The position numbers and the translations under genes were made by a program. The notes under the pieces are model-generated. The model did no database searches, was not told the origin of the DNA, and saw nothing but the letters and a program-made list of their open reading frames with translations. This document shows, in pieces, positions 1 to 8,311 of a stretch of 64,000 bases of DNA; the stretch's first letter is position 1, and each line of letters begins with the position of its first letter. The DNA comes from Acidobacteria bacterium RIFCSPLOWO2_12_FULL_65_11 (GTDB lineage Bacteria > Acidobacteriota > Vicinamibacteria > Vicinamibacterales > CAVVIG01): assembly GCA_001767495.1 (NCBI GenBank), contig MELA01000141.1:933-64932 (forward strand), in the 5' to 3' direction.

Positions 1-266
1 CACAGCCCGACATACGACCCGCCACGCCGCATTCACCGCGACCTCACATCACGCCATGTCGATTCTAGCCCTTCCGCATCTGCCGAAAGACCTTGGCAGC
101 GGAGCAATCGCTGTACCGGCGAATTACCGGCGCGAAGGCGGAAAGCCGCGGAATTCTTCCCTCACTTCCGTAAATTTCCCGCGACTGCCGGCGCGACAGC
201 GTATGCGCTTCCATGAAGAGGTGCAGGCACGATGCTTGCGGCGTCTTGCTCTGGAGGGGGTAGGGT

Positions 267-737
267 ATGAAGTCTCCGCAACGACCGGGCATGATCGGTG
301 TGGCCATGGCGAGCCTCGTCCTGACGGCATCCACTTCACTCGGCCAGGCATTGCCCCAGCGCGTCGAGATTCCGCCTGCCACGACGACGCTCGAAGGCGT
401 CCCGACGGTGAGGATCGATTCGGCTGAAGGACGTACGACGCGACGTGTGCTGAGCTCGGCCGAGGCTGACAGTCAGCGTCTGATGATTCGCGTCGTCGAT
501 GGACGGTTCTACTGGGCGAGTCGAGACAATCGTCCGCTTCAGTTGAGCTCGTCGGGAGAATTCACGTACTTTTCGTCCGAACCCGGCAGGTACATCAGGC
601 TCACACGGCTCAACGACAAGATCTCGTATGTCGAGCACGTGGACGCTGCGCTGTTGTCCCCGACCGCGCGTTCGACCCCCTTGCCGTTTGGGACCGTCAC
701 TTGGTGGGGAGAACTGAGGATGGTCCTGGGGAAGTGA
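267..737 (+). CDS. hypothetical secreted protein
   Basis: ATG preceded by GGAGGGGG RBS. Signal-like N-terminus MIGVAMASLVLTASTSLGQA. No family recognised. Confidence 0.5.
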   Translation: MKSPQRPGMIGVAMASLVLTASTSLGQALPQRVEIPPATTTLEGVPTVRIDSAEGRTTRRVLSSAEADSQRLMIRVVDGRFYWASRDNRPLQLSSSGEFTYFSSEPGRYIRLTRLNDKISYVEHVDAALLSPTARSTPLPFGTVTWWGELRMVLGK

Positions 738-1791
738 CGGGGCGCTCGCCCTCGCCAGGCTCGAAGGTCGTGAACGTTTTCAGAAGGCCGACGCCCATCG
801 CCAGCAGCGTCGGCCCCAGCACGAGACCGAGTGAGCCGAACACGCGCAACCCGCCAAGCAGGCCGACAAAGACCAGCAGGCCGTTGAGGCCCGCGCGGCC
901 GCTGAGGAGCATCGGGCGCAGCACGTTGTCGACGGCGCTCACGGCGCCGAGTCCGAACCCTGCGAGGATGACGCCGCGCCACAGGTCTCCGCCCGCGACG
1001 AGGAGCACCGCGGCCGGCAGCCACACGATCCAGGCGCCAAAGGGCAGCAGGCAGAAAAACGCCATGACGACGCCCCAGAAGATGGGGGCGCCGATCCCGA
1101 GCACCGCAAACGCCAGGCCCCCGAGCAGACCCTGCACGGCCGCGACCACGCCCGCCGACACGACGCTGGCCGACACCAGGTCGGCCGTCTGCGCGATCAG
1201 CCGCTCCCGGAGCTGCTCGTCGAGCGGCAGGGCTTTTCGTATCCCATCCATGATGGCGTCCCGGTCGCGGAACAGGAAAAATGTGGTGAACAGCGTGGCC
1301 GCGAGATTGAACAGGAATAGGGCGATGTTCTGCAGCAGGTTGCCGGCCTGGGTGGCCAGCGCGGCGGCCATCCGCCGCGCGATGTCGACCGCTGTCGCAG
1401 CGATATCGAACTGCTGCGCGCCTGAAGTACGCTGCTGAAGCCAGGCCCATGCTCGTTCGAACCACACGAGACGGCCTTCGGCAAAGGCACGTTGAACGTC
1501 GCCGGCCGCCTGCACCGCTTCCCGCACGAAGGCGGTCAGCACGATCACCAGGGGCACGACCACGATGAGCGCCACGGCGGCCGTGCTCAGGATCGCGGCG
1601 CGAGACCGGCCCCACCGTCGTTCGAGCCGCACGTGCGCCGGGTGGAACACGATGACGAGCACGGCGGCCCAGCCGAGCGGCACGAGAAACGGCTGGAAGA
1701 CGAGGTAGATGAGGTAGCCGAGGAGCCCGGCCAACAGGAAGAAGAGACCCGTGGTGAGACGTTCGCGGTCAGCCTGTCGCCTGATGAGCAT
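697..1791 (-). CDS. AI-2E family transporter (PerM/YhhT-like permease)
   Basis: Multi-TM protein with APIFWGVVMAFFCLLPFGAWIVWLPAAV and DNVLRPML segments typical of AI-2E/UPF0118. Start moved to ATG 1791 (MLIRRQ) because codons upstream lie in the heptad repeat element. Confidence 0.85.
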   Translation of the reverse strand: MLIRRQADRERLTTGLFFLLAGLLGYLIYLVFQPFLVPLGWAAVLVIVFHPAHVRLERRWGRSRAAILSTAAVALIVVVPLVIVLTAFVREAVQAAGDVQRAFAEGRLVWFERAWAWLQQRTSGAQQFDIAATAVDIARRMAAALATQAGNLLQNIALFLFNLAATLFTTFFLFRDRDAIMDGIRKALPLDEQLRERLIAQTADLVSASVVSAGVVAAVQGLLGGLAFAVLGIGAPIFWGVVMAFFCLLPFGAWIVWLPAAVLLVAGGDLWRGVILAGFGLGAVSAVDNVLRPMLLSGRAGLNGLLVFVGLLGGLRVFGSLGLVLGPTLLAMGVGLLKTFTTFEPGEGERPVTSPGPSSVLPTK

Positions 1792-1802
1792 AGGGGAAGG
1801 CG

Positions 1803-1868
1803 CAAGTCTCAAGTCTGAAGTCTGAAGGCTCAACTGTGGCAGACTTCAGACTTGAAACTTGAGACTTG
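1803..1868. repeat. heptad-periodic palindromic intergenic element (SAAGTCT repeats facing AGACTTS repeats), copy 1
   Basis: CAAGTCT CAAGTCT GAAGTCT on the left and TTCAGAC TTGAAAC TTGAGAC on the right. Shares an identical 20-mer AAGTCTCAAGTCTGAAGTCT with 7657-7676. Confidence 0.8.
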
Positions 1869-1871
1869 ATT

Positions 1872-3182
1872 ATGCCTCGAAGCCTGGAAGACAACGTCAA
1901 TTTCTACTTCGATCGCGCCGCCGGTTCGAGCGGCCACCCCAAGGGACTGCTCGATCAGATTCGCGCCTGTAACGGCGTGCATGCGTTCCAGTTTCCCCTC
2001 CGCCATGCCGACGGACGGATCGAGGTCGTTCGCGCCTGGCGCGCCGAGCACAGCCACCACCGGCTGCCCACCAAGGGTGGGATCCGCTATAGCGCCGCTG
2101 TCGACGAATCGGAGGTGAAGGCGCTGGCGGCGCTGATGACCTACAAGTGCGCGGTGGTTGACGTCCCGTTTGGCGGCGCGAAGGGCGCCGTGCAGGTCGA
2201 TCCGCACGCCCGGAGCGTCGAGGAGCTGGAGCGCATCACGCGCCGCTACACGCACGAGCTGGCCAAGAGGAATCTCATCGGGCCGGGCCTCGACGTGCCC
2301 GCACCGGACGCCGGCACCGGCGAGCGGGAAATGGCCTGGGTCGCCGATACGTATGCGGCCTTCAATCCGGGACAGCTCGATGCGATGGCGTGTGTCACGG
2401 GCAAGCCCGTCACCGAAGGCGGCATCCGGGGCCGGAAGGAGGCCACCGGACGCGGGCTTGTGTACGCGCTCAAAGAGGCGTGCTCGCAAGCCGACGACAT
2501 GAAGGCGCTCGGGCTCCCGGTCGGTCTCGAGGGCAAACGCATTGTCGTCCAGGGGTTCGGCAACGTCGGGTACTACACGGCGAAGTTGTGTCGCGAGCAG
2601 GGCGCGCGGGTGATCGCCATCGCCGTCCCCGAAGGCGCCATCGTAGACGCCACGGGGCTCGACGAAGACGCCGTGATCGCGCACCGAAAGGCCACGCGAT
2701 CGATCCTCGGCTTTGCCGGCGCGACCTCTCTTGCCCGCAGCACCGATGCGCTCGAGATCGACTGCGACGTCCTGGTGCCGGCTGCGCTCGAGAATCAGCT
2801 GACGGCCGACAATGCGCCGCGGGTCAGGGCCCGGATCATCCTCGAGGGCGCCAACGGCCCGACCACGGCTGAAGCCGACGAGATCTTCCGGGCCAAGGGA
2901 ACGCTCGTGATCCCGGACATCTACGCCAACGCGGGCGGCGTGACGGTGTCCTATTTCGAGTGGCTCAAGAATCTCTCGCACGTTCGCTTTGGACGGCTGG
3001 AGGGTCCCGATGAGTTACGCACCGTGAACTCCGGGCTTGAACGAACCATGGCGATCGCCTATCAGGAGATTCGCGAGACGCTAGGCCGGCAGCCTGGGCT
3101 GCAGTATCTGCGGACGGCGGCGTTTCTGACGGCCATCAACAAGGTCGCGCGCGCCTACCTCGAACTCGGCATTTTTCCATGA
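1872..3182 (+). CDS. gdh: glutamate dehydrogenase (Glu/Leu/Phe/Val dehydrogenase family)
   Basis: [25 protein letters not shown] catalytic-Lys motif and GFGNVG Rossmann motif. ATG at 1872 chosen over the upstream TTG. Confidence 0.9.
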   Translation: MPRSLEDNVNFYFDRAAGSSGHPKGLLDQIRACNGVHAFQFPLRHADGRIEVVRAWRAEHSHHRLPTKGGIRYSAAVDESEVKALAALMTYKCAVVDVPFGGAKGAVQVDPHARSVEELERITRRYTHELAKRNLIGPGLDVPAPDAGTGEREMAWVADTYAAFNPGQLDAMACVTGKPVTEGGIRGRKEATGRGLVYALKEACSQADDMKALGLPVGLEGKRIVVQGFGNVGYYTAKLCREQGARVIAIAVPEGAIVDATGLDEDAVIAHRKATRSILGFAGATSLARSTDALEIDCDVLVPAALENQLTADNAPRVRARIILEGANGPTTAEADEIFRAKGTLVIPDIYANAGGVTVSYFEWLKNLSHVRFGRLEGPDELRTVNSGLERTMAIAYQEIRETLGRQPGLQYLRTAAFLTAINKVARAYLELGIFP

Positions 3183-3189
3183 AACGCGG

Positions 3190-4929
3190 ATGAAGTTTTC
3201 GGCCCTGGCGCTCGACTACGACGGCACGATCGCCGGAAGCGGCGGCATCGATCCGGCGGTGCGGGCGGCCATTGCCGATGCCCGGCAACACGGGATTGTC
3301 GTCGTGCTGGTCACCGGGCGCCGGCTGCCCGATCTCCGCCGGGCTGCCGGCAACTTGTCCTGCTTCGACGTCGTCGTCGCCGAGAATGGCGCGGTCCTCG
3401 AGTTCCCGTCGAGCGGCCGCCACGTGCAGCTCGCCCACGCCCCGAACGAGACCGTCCTTGCCGAATTCGCACGACGACGCATCGACGTGGTGGTCGGTGA
3501 ATCGGTGGTAGAGGCGGACGCGACGCTGGCGGTCCCGATCCTTGACGTGATTCGCCGGCTGGAACAGCCGCTGATTCTCGCGTTCAATCGAAGCCGTCTG
3601 ATGATCCTGCCGCAGGCCGTCGCCAAGTCCACCGGACTGCGGCAGGCGCTTCGCGCCTTGCGCGTCTCGATCCACAACGCGGTCGGCATCGGCGATGCCG
3701 AAAACGATCACGATCTGCTCGACGCCTGCGAGGTGGGGGTCGCCGTCGAATGGGGCAGTCCGGCGCTGCGGGCGGTGGCCGACGAAATCATCCGTGGAAC
3801 GGGCCCGGCGGCCGTGGCCGACTACATCACGCGAATCGTCGGTCAGCCGAGGTTGTCCGCCGCCCAGATGGGCCGGCGCCGCCTGTTCCTGGGCCATCAA
3901 CTCGACGGCCAGCCGGTCAGCCTGGCCGTTCGCGGGCGCACGATGATCGTCGCGGGCGAACCCGGCACAGGAAAGTCGTGGCTCGCGGGACTGCTCTGCG
4001 AGCAGCTCATCCTGCAAGGCTACTGCGTCTGCATCCTCGATCCGGAAGGCGACTACCGGTCGCTCGAAGCGCTGCCGAGCGTGATCGTGCTGGGGGGAGA
4101 CGATCCGCCGCCGAGCCCGCGCGATCTCGAGCAGGCGCTGCGCTATTCCGACGTCAGCGTGATTGTCGATCTCTCGAAGGTCGCTCATCAGGAGAAGATC
4201 GAGTATCTGAGCTCGCTTCTACCCATGCTGATCCAGCTTCGACGCCGGACGGGATTGCCGCACAAGATTCTGCTCGACGAGGCCCATTACTTCCTGGGCA
4301 CCGGCAAGGCGCATCTACTCGATCCCGAGCTGGCCGGCTACATTCTCGTCACCTATCGGGTCTCTGCTCTGGATCCGTCCATTCGCGCCACCAGTGACGC
4401 GGTCGTCATGGTGACTCGCGAGACGACGGGCCAGGAGGCCGAGGCGTTGTGCGAGATGTGCAGGGCCGGTCGTGTCCTGGCGCCCGCGCCGGAGATCTTT
4501 CGCGATCTGCAGGCAACGGAGGCGGCACTCTTGCCAGGCAGCGAAGAGGCGCACGGCGAGGTACGCCGGTTCCAGCTGGCGCCGCGGCTGACGGGCCACG
4601 TCCGTCATCGGACGAAATACCTCGACATGCCGATCCGGCACTCTCAGGCGTTCGTGTTCACGCAAGACGGCGGATCCGGGCCGCGGGCTCACACCCTGCG
4701 GGCCTTTATGGGACTGCTCGCCGCGCTCCCGGCCGAGGCGCTGCGGGGACATCTCGTCCGGCACGATTTCTCCACGTGGATCGAAGAGGTCTTCCGCGAC
4801 CGGTCGCTCGCCGCCCACGTGCTCGACCTCGAGGAGCGCGCGGAGACGTTCGGCGTCCAGAACGCCACCGACGCCATCGCACAGGCCATCCGCGCGCGGT
4901 ACGACGTCACCGACGACACGAACGTGTGA
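3190..4929 (+). CDS. HAD-IIB-type phosphatase domain fused to a HerA/DUF87-like P-loop ATPase
   Basis: N-terminal LDYDGTIA (HAD motif I) and GDAENDHDLL (motif IV). Then Walker A GEPGTGKSW and Walker B ILLDEAHYF. C-terminal roughly 130 aa unassigned. Confidence 0.75.
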   Translation: MKFSALALDYDGTIAGSGGIDPAVRAAIADARQHGIVVVLVTGRRLPDLRRAAGNLSCFDVVVAENGAVLEFPSSGRHVQLAHAPNETVLAEFARRRIDVVVGESVVEADATLAVPILDVIRRLEQPLILAFNRSRLMILPQAVAKSTGLRQALRALRVSIHNAVGIGDAENDHDLLDACEVGVAVEWGSPALRAVADEIIRGTGPAAVADYITRIVGQPRLSAAQMGRRRLFLGHQLDGQPVSLAVRGRTMIVAGEPGTGKSWLAGLLCEQLILQGYCVCILDPEGDYRSLEALPSVIVLGGDDPPPSPRDLEQALRYSDVSVIVDLSKVAHQEKIEYLSSLLPMLIQLRRRTGLPHKILLDEAHYFLGTGKAHLLDPELAGYILVTYRVSALDPSIRATSDAVVMVTRETTGQEAEALCEMCRAGRVLAPAPEIFRDLQATEAALLPGSEEAHGEVRRFQLAPRLTGHVRHRTKYLDMPIRHSQAFVFTQDGGSGPRAHTLRAFMGLLAALPAEALRGHLVRHDFSTWIEEVFRDRSLAAHVLDLEERAETFGVQNATDAIAQAIRARYDVTDDTNV

Positions 4930-4958
4930 ATCCCGTGTCGAGCGATTTCAGAACGACT

Positions 4959-5345
4959 TTACCAGGCCGTGCGCACAACCGCGGATTCCTGCAGCCGCTC
5001 GTCTTTCGTAATGAGGAGTGCCGATTCCAGAATCGCCGTTGCGGCGATCAGCCGGTCGGCGGGATCGCCGGGAAAACGCGCCGGTAGCTCCGCCGCTTTG
5101 ACGGCGACCGCCGGCGTGAGCGTCAGCAGGTCGACGCGAGGGAGCGCCAGGGCGTCGCGCATCCATTGGAGCGGCGGCCGATCGAGACTGATGCGGCCGC
5201 GCGCAACGAGCGTGGCCAGCTCGAGACAGCACATCGCTGGGACACCAATTCTTTTTGCGCGATCGATTTCTCGCCGCGCGACCCGTCCCAGTGCGGCCGG
5301 CTCGCTCACCCACCAGATCCAGGCATGCGTATCGAGAACGATCAC
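4959..5345 (-). CDS. vapC: PIN-domain toxin VapC
   Basis: VLDTHAWIWW N-terminal PIN signature and C-terminal LITKDERL. GTG 5345 gives a GTGA overlap with the antitoxin stop. Confidence 0.85.
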   Translation of the reverse strand: MIVLDTHAWIWWVSEPAALGRVARREIDRAKRIGVPAMCCLELATLVARGRISLDRPPLQWMRDALALPRVDLLTLTPAVAVKAAELPARFPGDPADRLIAATAILESALLITKDERLQESAVVRTAW

Positions 5346-5566
5346 CGCTCGACATCCCACGAGTCGAGGACCGGACCGACGATATCACCATGAACGATGA
5401 CGCTTCGGCGAAGGGGCTTGACGTCCCGATCCCTCACCGGAACGATCTCGACGACCGGTCGTCCGCGCTTCGTGACGATGAAAGATTCCTCTGTTTCGGC
5501 CACCCGATCGATGAGCCCCAGGCATTCGGCTTTGAACTTCCCTGCCGGAATCGTCCGTTTCTTCAT
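5342..5566 (-). CDS. type II antitoxin (Phd/YefM-like, VapB partner)
   Basis: MKKRTIPAGKFKAECLGLIDRV..FIVTKRGRPVVEIVPV matches the Phd/YefM-type N-terminal fold. Sits directly upstream of and overlapping vapC. Confidence 0.8.
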   Translation of the reverse strand: MKKRTIPAGKFKAECLGLIDRVAETEESFIVTKRGRPVVEIVPVRDRDVKPLRRSVIVHGDIVGPVLDSWDVER

Positions 5567-5585
5567 GGTCACGATAGATGTGACC
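5567..5585. promoter_or_regulatory. perfect palindrome GGTCAC-N7-GTGACC abutting the antitoxin start (candidate TA operator)
   Basis: GGTCACGATAGATGTGACC read directly. Lies immediately 5' of ATG 5566 on the minus strand. Confidence 0.4.
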
Positions 5586-5634
5586 ATTTCACATGAGCGT
5601 CAAATGCCCGATGTCCCTTCTCTCGCAGGGCACA

Positions 5635-6201
5635 TTACCCGCCCGACTGCCAGCGGTGGATGAAGTCGAACTGATGGATGAAGTTCAGGATGTTGAGCGT
5701 CAGGTTGTCGCGGATAACGTAGGCGACCCACACCTCGAACACCACGGCCAGCGCAAAGGTCGCCCACACTGAGGACATCCGAGCCACGGCGAAGCCCAGC
5801 ATCATCGAGAACGTATCGAAGACCGAGTTGATGACACTGTCCCCCACGTAACCCTGCGCAAGGGCCTGCTGTCGATACGCCTGGATCACCCAGGGTGTGT
5901 TTTCCGCGATCTCCCATGCGATCTCGGCTCCCATCGCCAAGAGCAGCCGCGAGCCCAACGACCAGTGCGGGAAAAGCCACCACGAGACCGCATAAAAGAG
6001 GACCCCGTGGATGACATGCGAGAACGTGTACCAGTCGGTCAAGTGCTGTGCGGTGCCAGATGACAACACCACACCCTCCCACGCCTTCACGTATCCACAC
6101 GTGCAGATCACCGGCTGTCCCAACAGGAACAACACCGTTCCTTGAAGGAGCAGCAAGGCCGCCACACCGATCAGAACGTAGTGATCCCGAACTGCTCGCA
6201 T
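5635..6201 (-). CDS. DUF2585 (UPF0314) family membrane protein
   Basis: CTCGYVKAWEG, HLTDWYTFSHVIHG and EIAENTPWVI segments recalled from DUF2585. Start set to ATG 6201 (MRAVRD), because the longer ORF runs into the neighbouring gene. Confidence 0.75.
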   Translation of the reverse strand: MRAVRDHYVLIGVAALLLLQGTVLFLLGQPVICTCGYVKAWEGVVLSSGTAQHLTDWYTFSHVIHGVLFYAVSWWLFPHWSLGSRLLLAMGAEIAWEIAENTPWVIQAYRQQALAQGYVGDSVINSVFDTFSMMLGFAVARMSSVWATFALAVVFEVWVAYVIRDNLTLNILNFIHQFDFIHRWQSGG

Positions 6202-6266
6202 ACGAGGCTTCTCGGTCAGTCGTCGCTGGTCTTTCTCGGTGGTGACGGCTGGGCCGTCCGAGGTCT

Positions 6267-7640
6267 TCAGGCCTGGGCCGGCCGCTCGAGCTTGAATTTC
6301 TCGACACGATACCGGATCTGATCGCGATTGAGGCCGAGAAGGCCGGCCGCCTTGGTCTGGTTCCATCCGCTGCGATCGAGCGCCTGCACCACGAGCGACC
6401 GCTCCAATTGCTCGAGGTCAACGCCGCTCGCGGGCAACTCGAAGCCCTCGCTGATGCGGGCATGGCCGCCGCCGAGCAGGAACTGATCGACGCCGAGAAC
6501 TGGCTCCTCGTCGCTCAGCAGCATCGCTCGCTCGATGGCGTTCCGCAGCTCGCGCACGTTACCTGGCCACGTGTAGGCCTGAAGCCGGGCCATCGCATCG
6601 GGGGCGACGCCACGGACGCGCTTCTTGAACTCGCGATTGAAGATGTCGATGTAGTAGTTGACCAGCAGCGGCACATCATCAGCCTTGGCCCGCAAGGGCG
6701 GCAGCGCAATCGGCAGGACGTTCAGGCGATAGTACAAATCCTCCCGAAACTTCCCCTGGCGTACTTCGTCCTCGAGACGCTTGTTGGTGGCGGCAATCAC
6801 CCGGACGTCGACGTGGATGTCGGTGGACGCGCCCACACGCTTGAAGGTCTTCTCTTCGAGAAACCGCAGCAGCTTCGCCTGGAGCAATGGCATCATCTCG
6901 CCAATCTCGTCCAGAAACACCGTGCCGCCGTCGGCCGATTCGAGGAGTCCCCGCTTCTGGCGATCCGCGCCGGTGAACGCTCCGCGCTCGTGCCCGAACA
7001 GCTCGCTCTCGAGCAGCTGCTCGGGCAAGGCTGAACACGTGATGTTCATGAACGGCTTGCTCGCCCGGTCGCTCGCGTAGTGGATGATCTTCGCGGCCAG
7101 ATCCTTCCCGGTGCCGCTCTCTCCGGTCAGGAGCACGGTTGACGCGGGGCTCGCCGCCACCTTCTGCAGGAGCGCTCGCACCTCGACCATCGCCAGGCTG
7201 TCGCCGATCAGGCGATCGAGGCTGAACGGCTGGGCCTGCGTGGCCCGCAACGTGCGCACCTCGCGACGCAGCCGCGTCGTTTCGAGCGCCTTCTCGACGA
7301 GCAGAACGATCTCGTCGATATTGAACGGCTTGTTGAGGTAGTGATAGGCACCCTGCTTCATCGCCTCGACGGCGGTCTCCACGCTCACATGGGCAGTGAG
7401 CAGAATGACCAGCGTGTCGGGGTCGTGCTCCTTGATTTTCTTGAGGACCGCCAGGCCGTCCGCATCGGGCAGCCGGTAATCGAGCAGGACGAGGTCGACG
7501 CCCTCCCGCATCCGATCGAGCGCTGCGGCGGCCGTATCGGCCTCGAGGACGTAGTACCCCTCCTCGCCCAGACGCGTGGTCAAGGACCAGCGAATGAGCG
7601 GTTCGTCGTCAACGACAAGGATGGTCGGCGCAGACATCAA
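6267..7640 (-). CDS. sigma-54-dependent response regulator (NtrC family: REC + AAA+ + Fis-type HTH)
   Basis: Receiver [16 protein letters not shown], Walker [15 protein letters not shown] sigma-54 contact loop, C-terminal [23 protein letters not shown]. Confidence 0.95.
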   Translation of the reverse strand: MMSAPTILVVDDEPLIRWSLTTRLGEEGYYVLEADTAAAALDRMREGVDLVLLDYRLPDADGLAVLKKIKEHDPDTLVILLTAHVSVETAVEAMKQGAYHYLNKPFNIDEIVLLVEKALETTRLRREVRTLRATQAQPFSLDRLIGDSLAMVEVRALLQKVAASPASTVLLTGESGTGKDLAAKIIHYASDRASKPFMNITCSALPEQLLESELFGHERGAFTGADRQKRGLLESADGGTVFLDEIGEMMPLLQAKLLRFLEEKTFKRVGASTDIHVDVRVIAATNKRLEDEVRQGKFREDLYYRLNVLPIALPPLRAKADDVPLLVNYYIDIFNREFKKRVRGVAPDAMARLQAYTWPGNVRELRNAIERAMLLSDEEPVLGVDQFLLGGGHARISEGFELPASGVDLEQLERSLVVQALDRSGWNQTKAAGLLGLNRDQIRYRVEKFKLERPAQA

Positions 7641-7654
7641 CGGTAGTATATGCA

Positions 7655-7711
7655 GGAAGTCTCAAGTCTGAAGTCTCAAGTCTGCCAGACTTCACACCTC
7701 AGACTTGAGAC
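7655..7711. repeat. heptad-periodic palindromic intergenic element, copy 2
   Basis: GAAGTCT CAAGTCT GAAGTCT CAAGTCT followed by CAGACTT..CAGACTTGAGAC. Homologous to 1803-1868 and also ends in TTGATT. Confidence 0.8.
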
Positions 7712-7724
7712 GTTGATTCTCGCG

Positions 7725-8117
7725 CTAATGCGGGCGGGCGGCGTGGGCCTGGAGGACGAGCGCGGCCATCTCGTGCATTTCGAAGGGCTTGGGCACGACA
7801 CGATAGGCGCCCAGATTCAAGGCGCTGGTCATGACTTCCGGTGTCCCGAAGGCCGTCATCATGATGATCTGACTGAACGGCGCGAGGCGCCGCAGCGTCG
7901 ACAGCAAGGTCAGATCGTTTGAATCCGGCAGACGATAGTCGAGCACGATGACATCCACGAGTTCCTTGCCCTCAGAGAGAGTGCGAATAGCCGTTTCGCC
8001 ATCGCACGCCTCAATCACGGTATGACCAGAGGCCGAGAGCGTCTCGGCCAGCGACCACCGAATGAGCGGCTCGTCGTCAATGACGAGGACGTGTAACGAT
8101 GGGGATTTTTTCGCCAT
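7725..8117 (-). CDS. stand-alone response-regulator receiver protein
   Basis: [34 protein letters not shown] receiver motifs with no output domain. Start set to ATG 8117 (MAKKSP), because upstream ORF codons are REP-encoded. Confidence 0.85.
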   Translation of the reverse strand: MAKKSPSLHVLVIDDEPLIRWSLAETLSASGHTVIEACDGETAIRTLSEGKELVDVIVLDYRLPDSNDLTLLSTLRRLAPFSQIIMMTAFGTPEVMTSALNLGAYRVVPKPFEMHEMAALVLQAHAARPH

Positions 8118-8250
8118 GTGGGAATTTTTCGGCGGGCCTACTGGCTCGGCCGCTCCTCCCTTCGCGCCCGTCCGACCGGTGGTCCGTATAACCTCTCCAC
8201 TCACACTGCAAGGGCACTTCAAGAGTCGGGCCAACGTTTTTTTCGACCTG

Positions 8251-8311
8251 TGGTGTCCGCCTTCAGGCGGACCGTGGCTCGCGGGGGTCCGGCTGAAACC
8301 GGACACTACAG
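8251..8311. repeat. REP-like hairpin dimer (Q forward + P reverse)
   Basis: GTGTCCGCCTTCAGGCGGAC ... GTCCGGCTGAAACCGGACACTAC. The terminal CTA (8306-8308) is the kinase stop codon (TAG on the minus strand). Confidence 0.9.

Noticed and set aside
56-427. ORFs 56-427 (+) and 65-382 (-) at the window start
   Set aside because: No motifs, and they overlap each other and the better-supported gene at 267. The region is treated as upstream or intergenic DNA.
539-1615. 358-aa Arg/Gly-rich ORF (and 701-1438 +) overlapping the AI-2E permease gene
   Set aside because: Typical high-GC shadow ORFs. Low-complexity R/G/P/A composition with no motifs, while the overlapping minus-frame protein has a clear AI-2E membrane profile.
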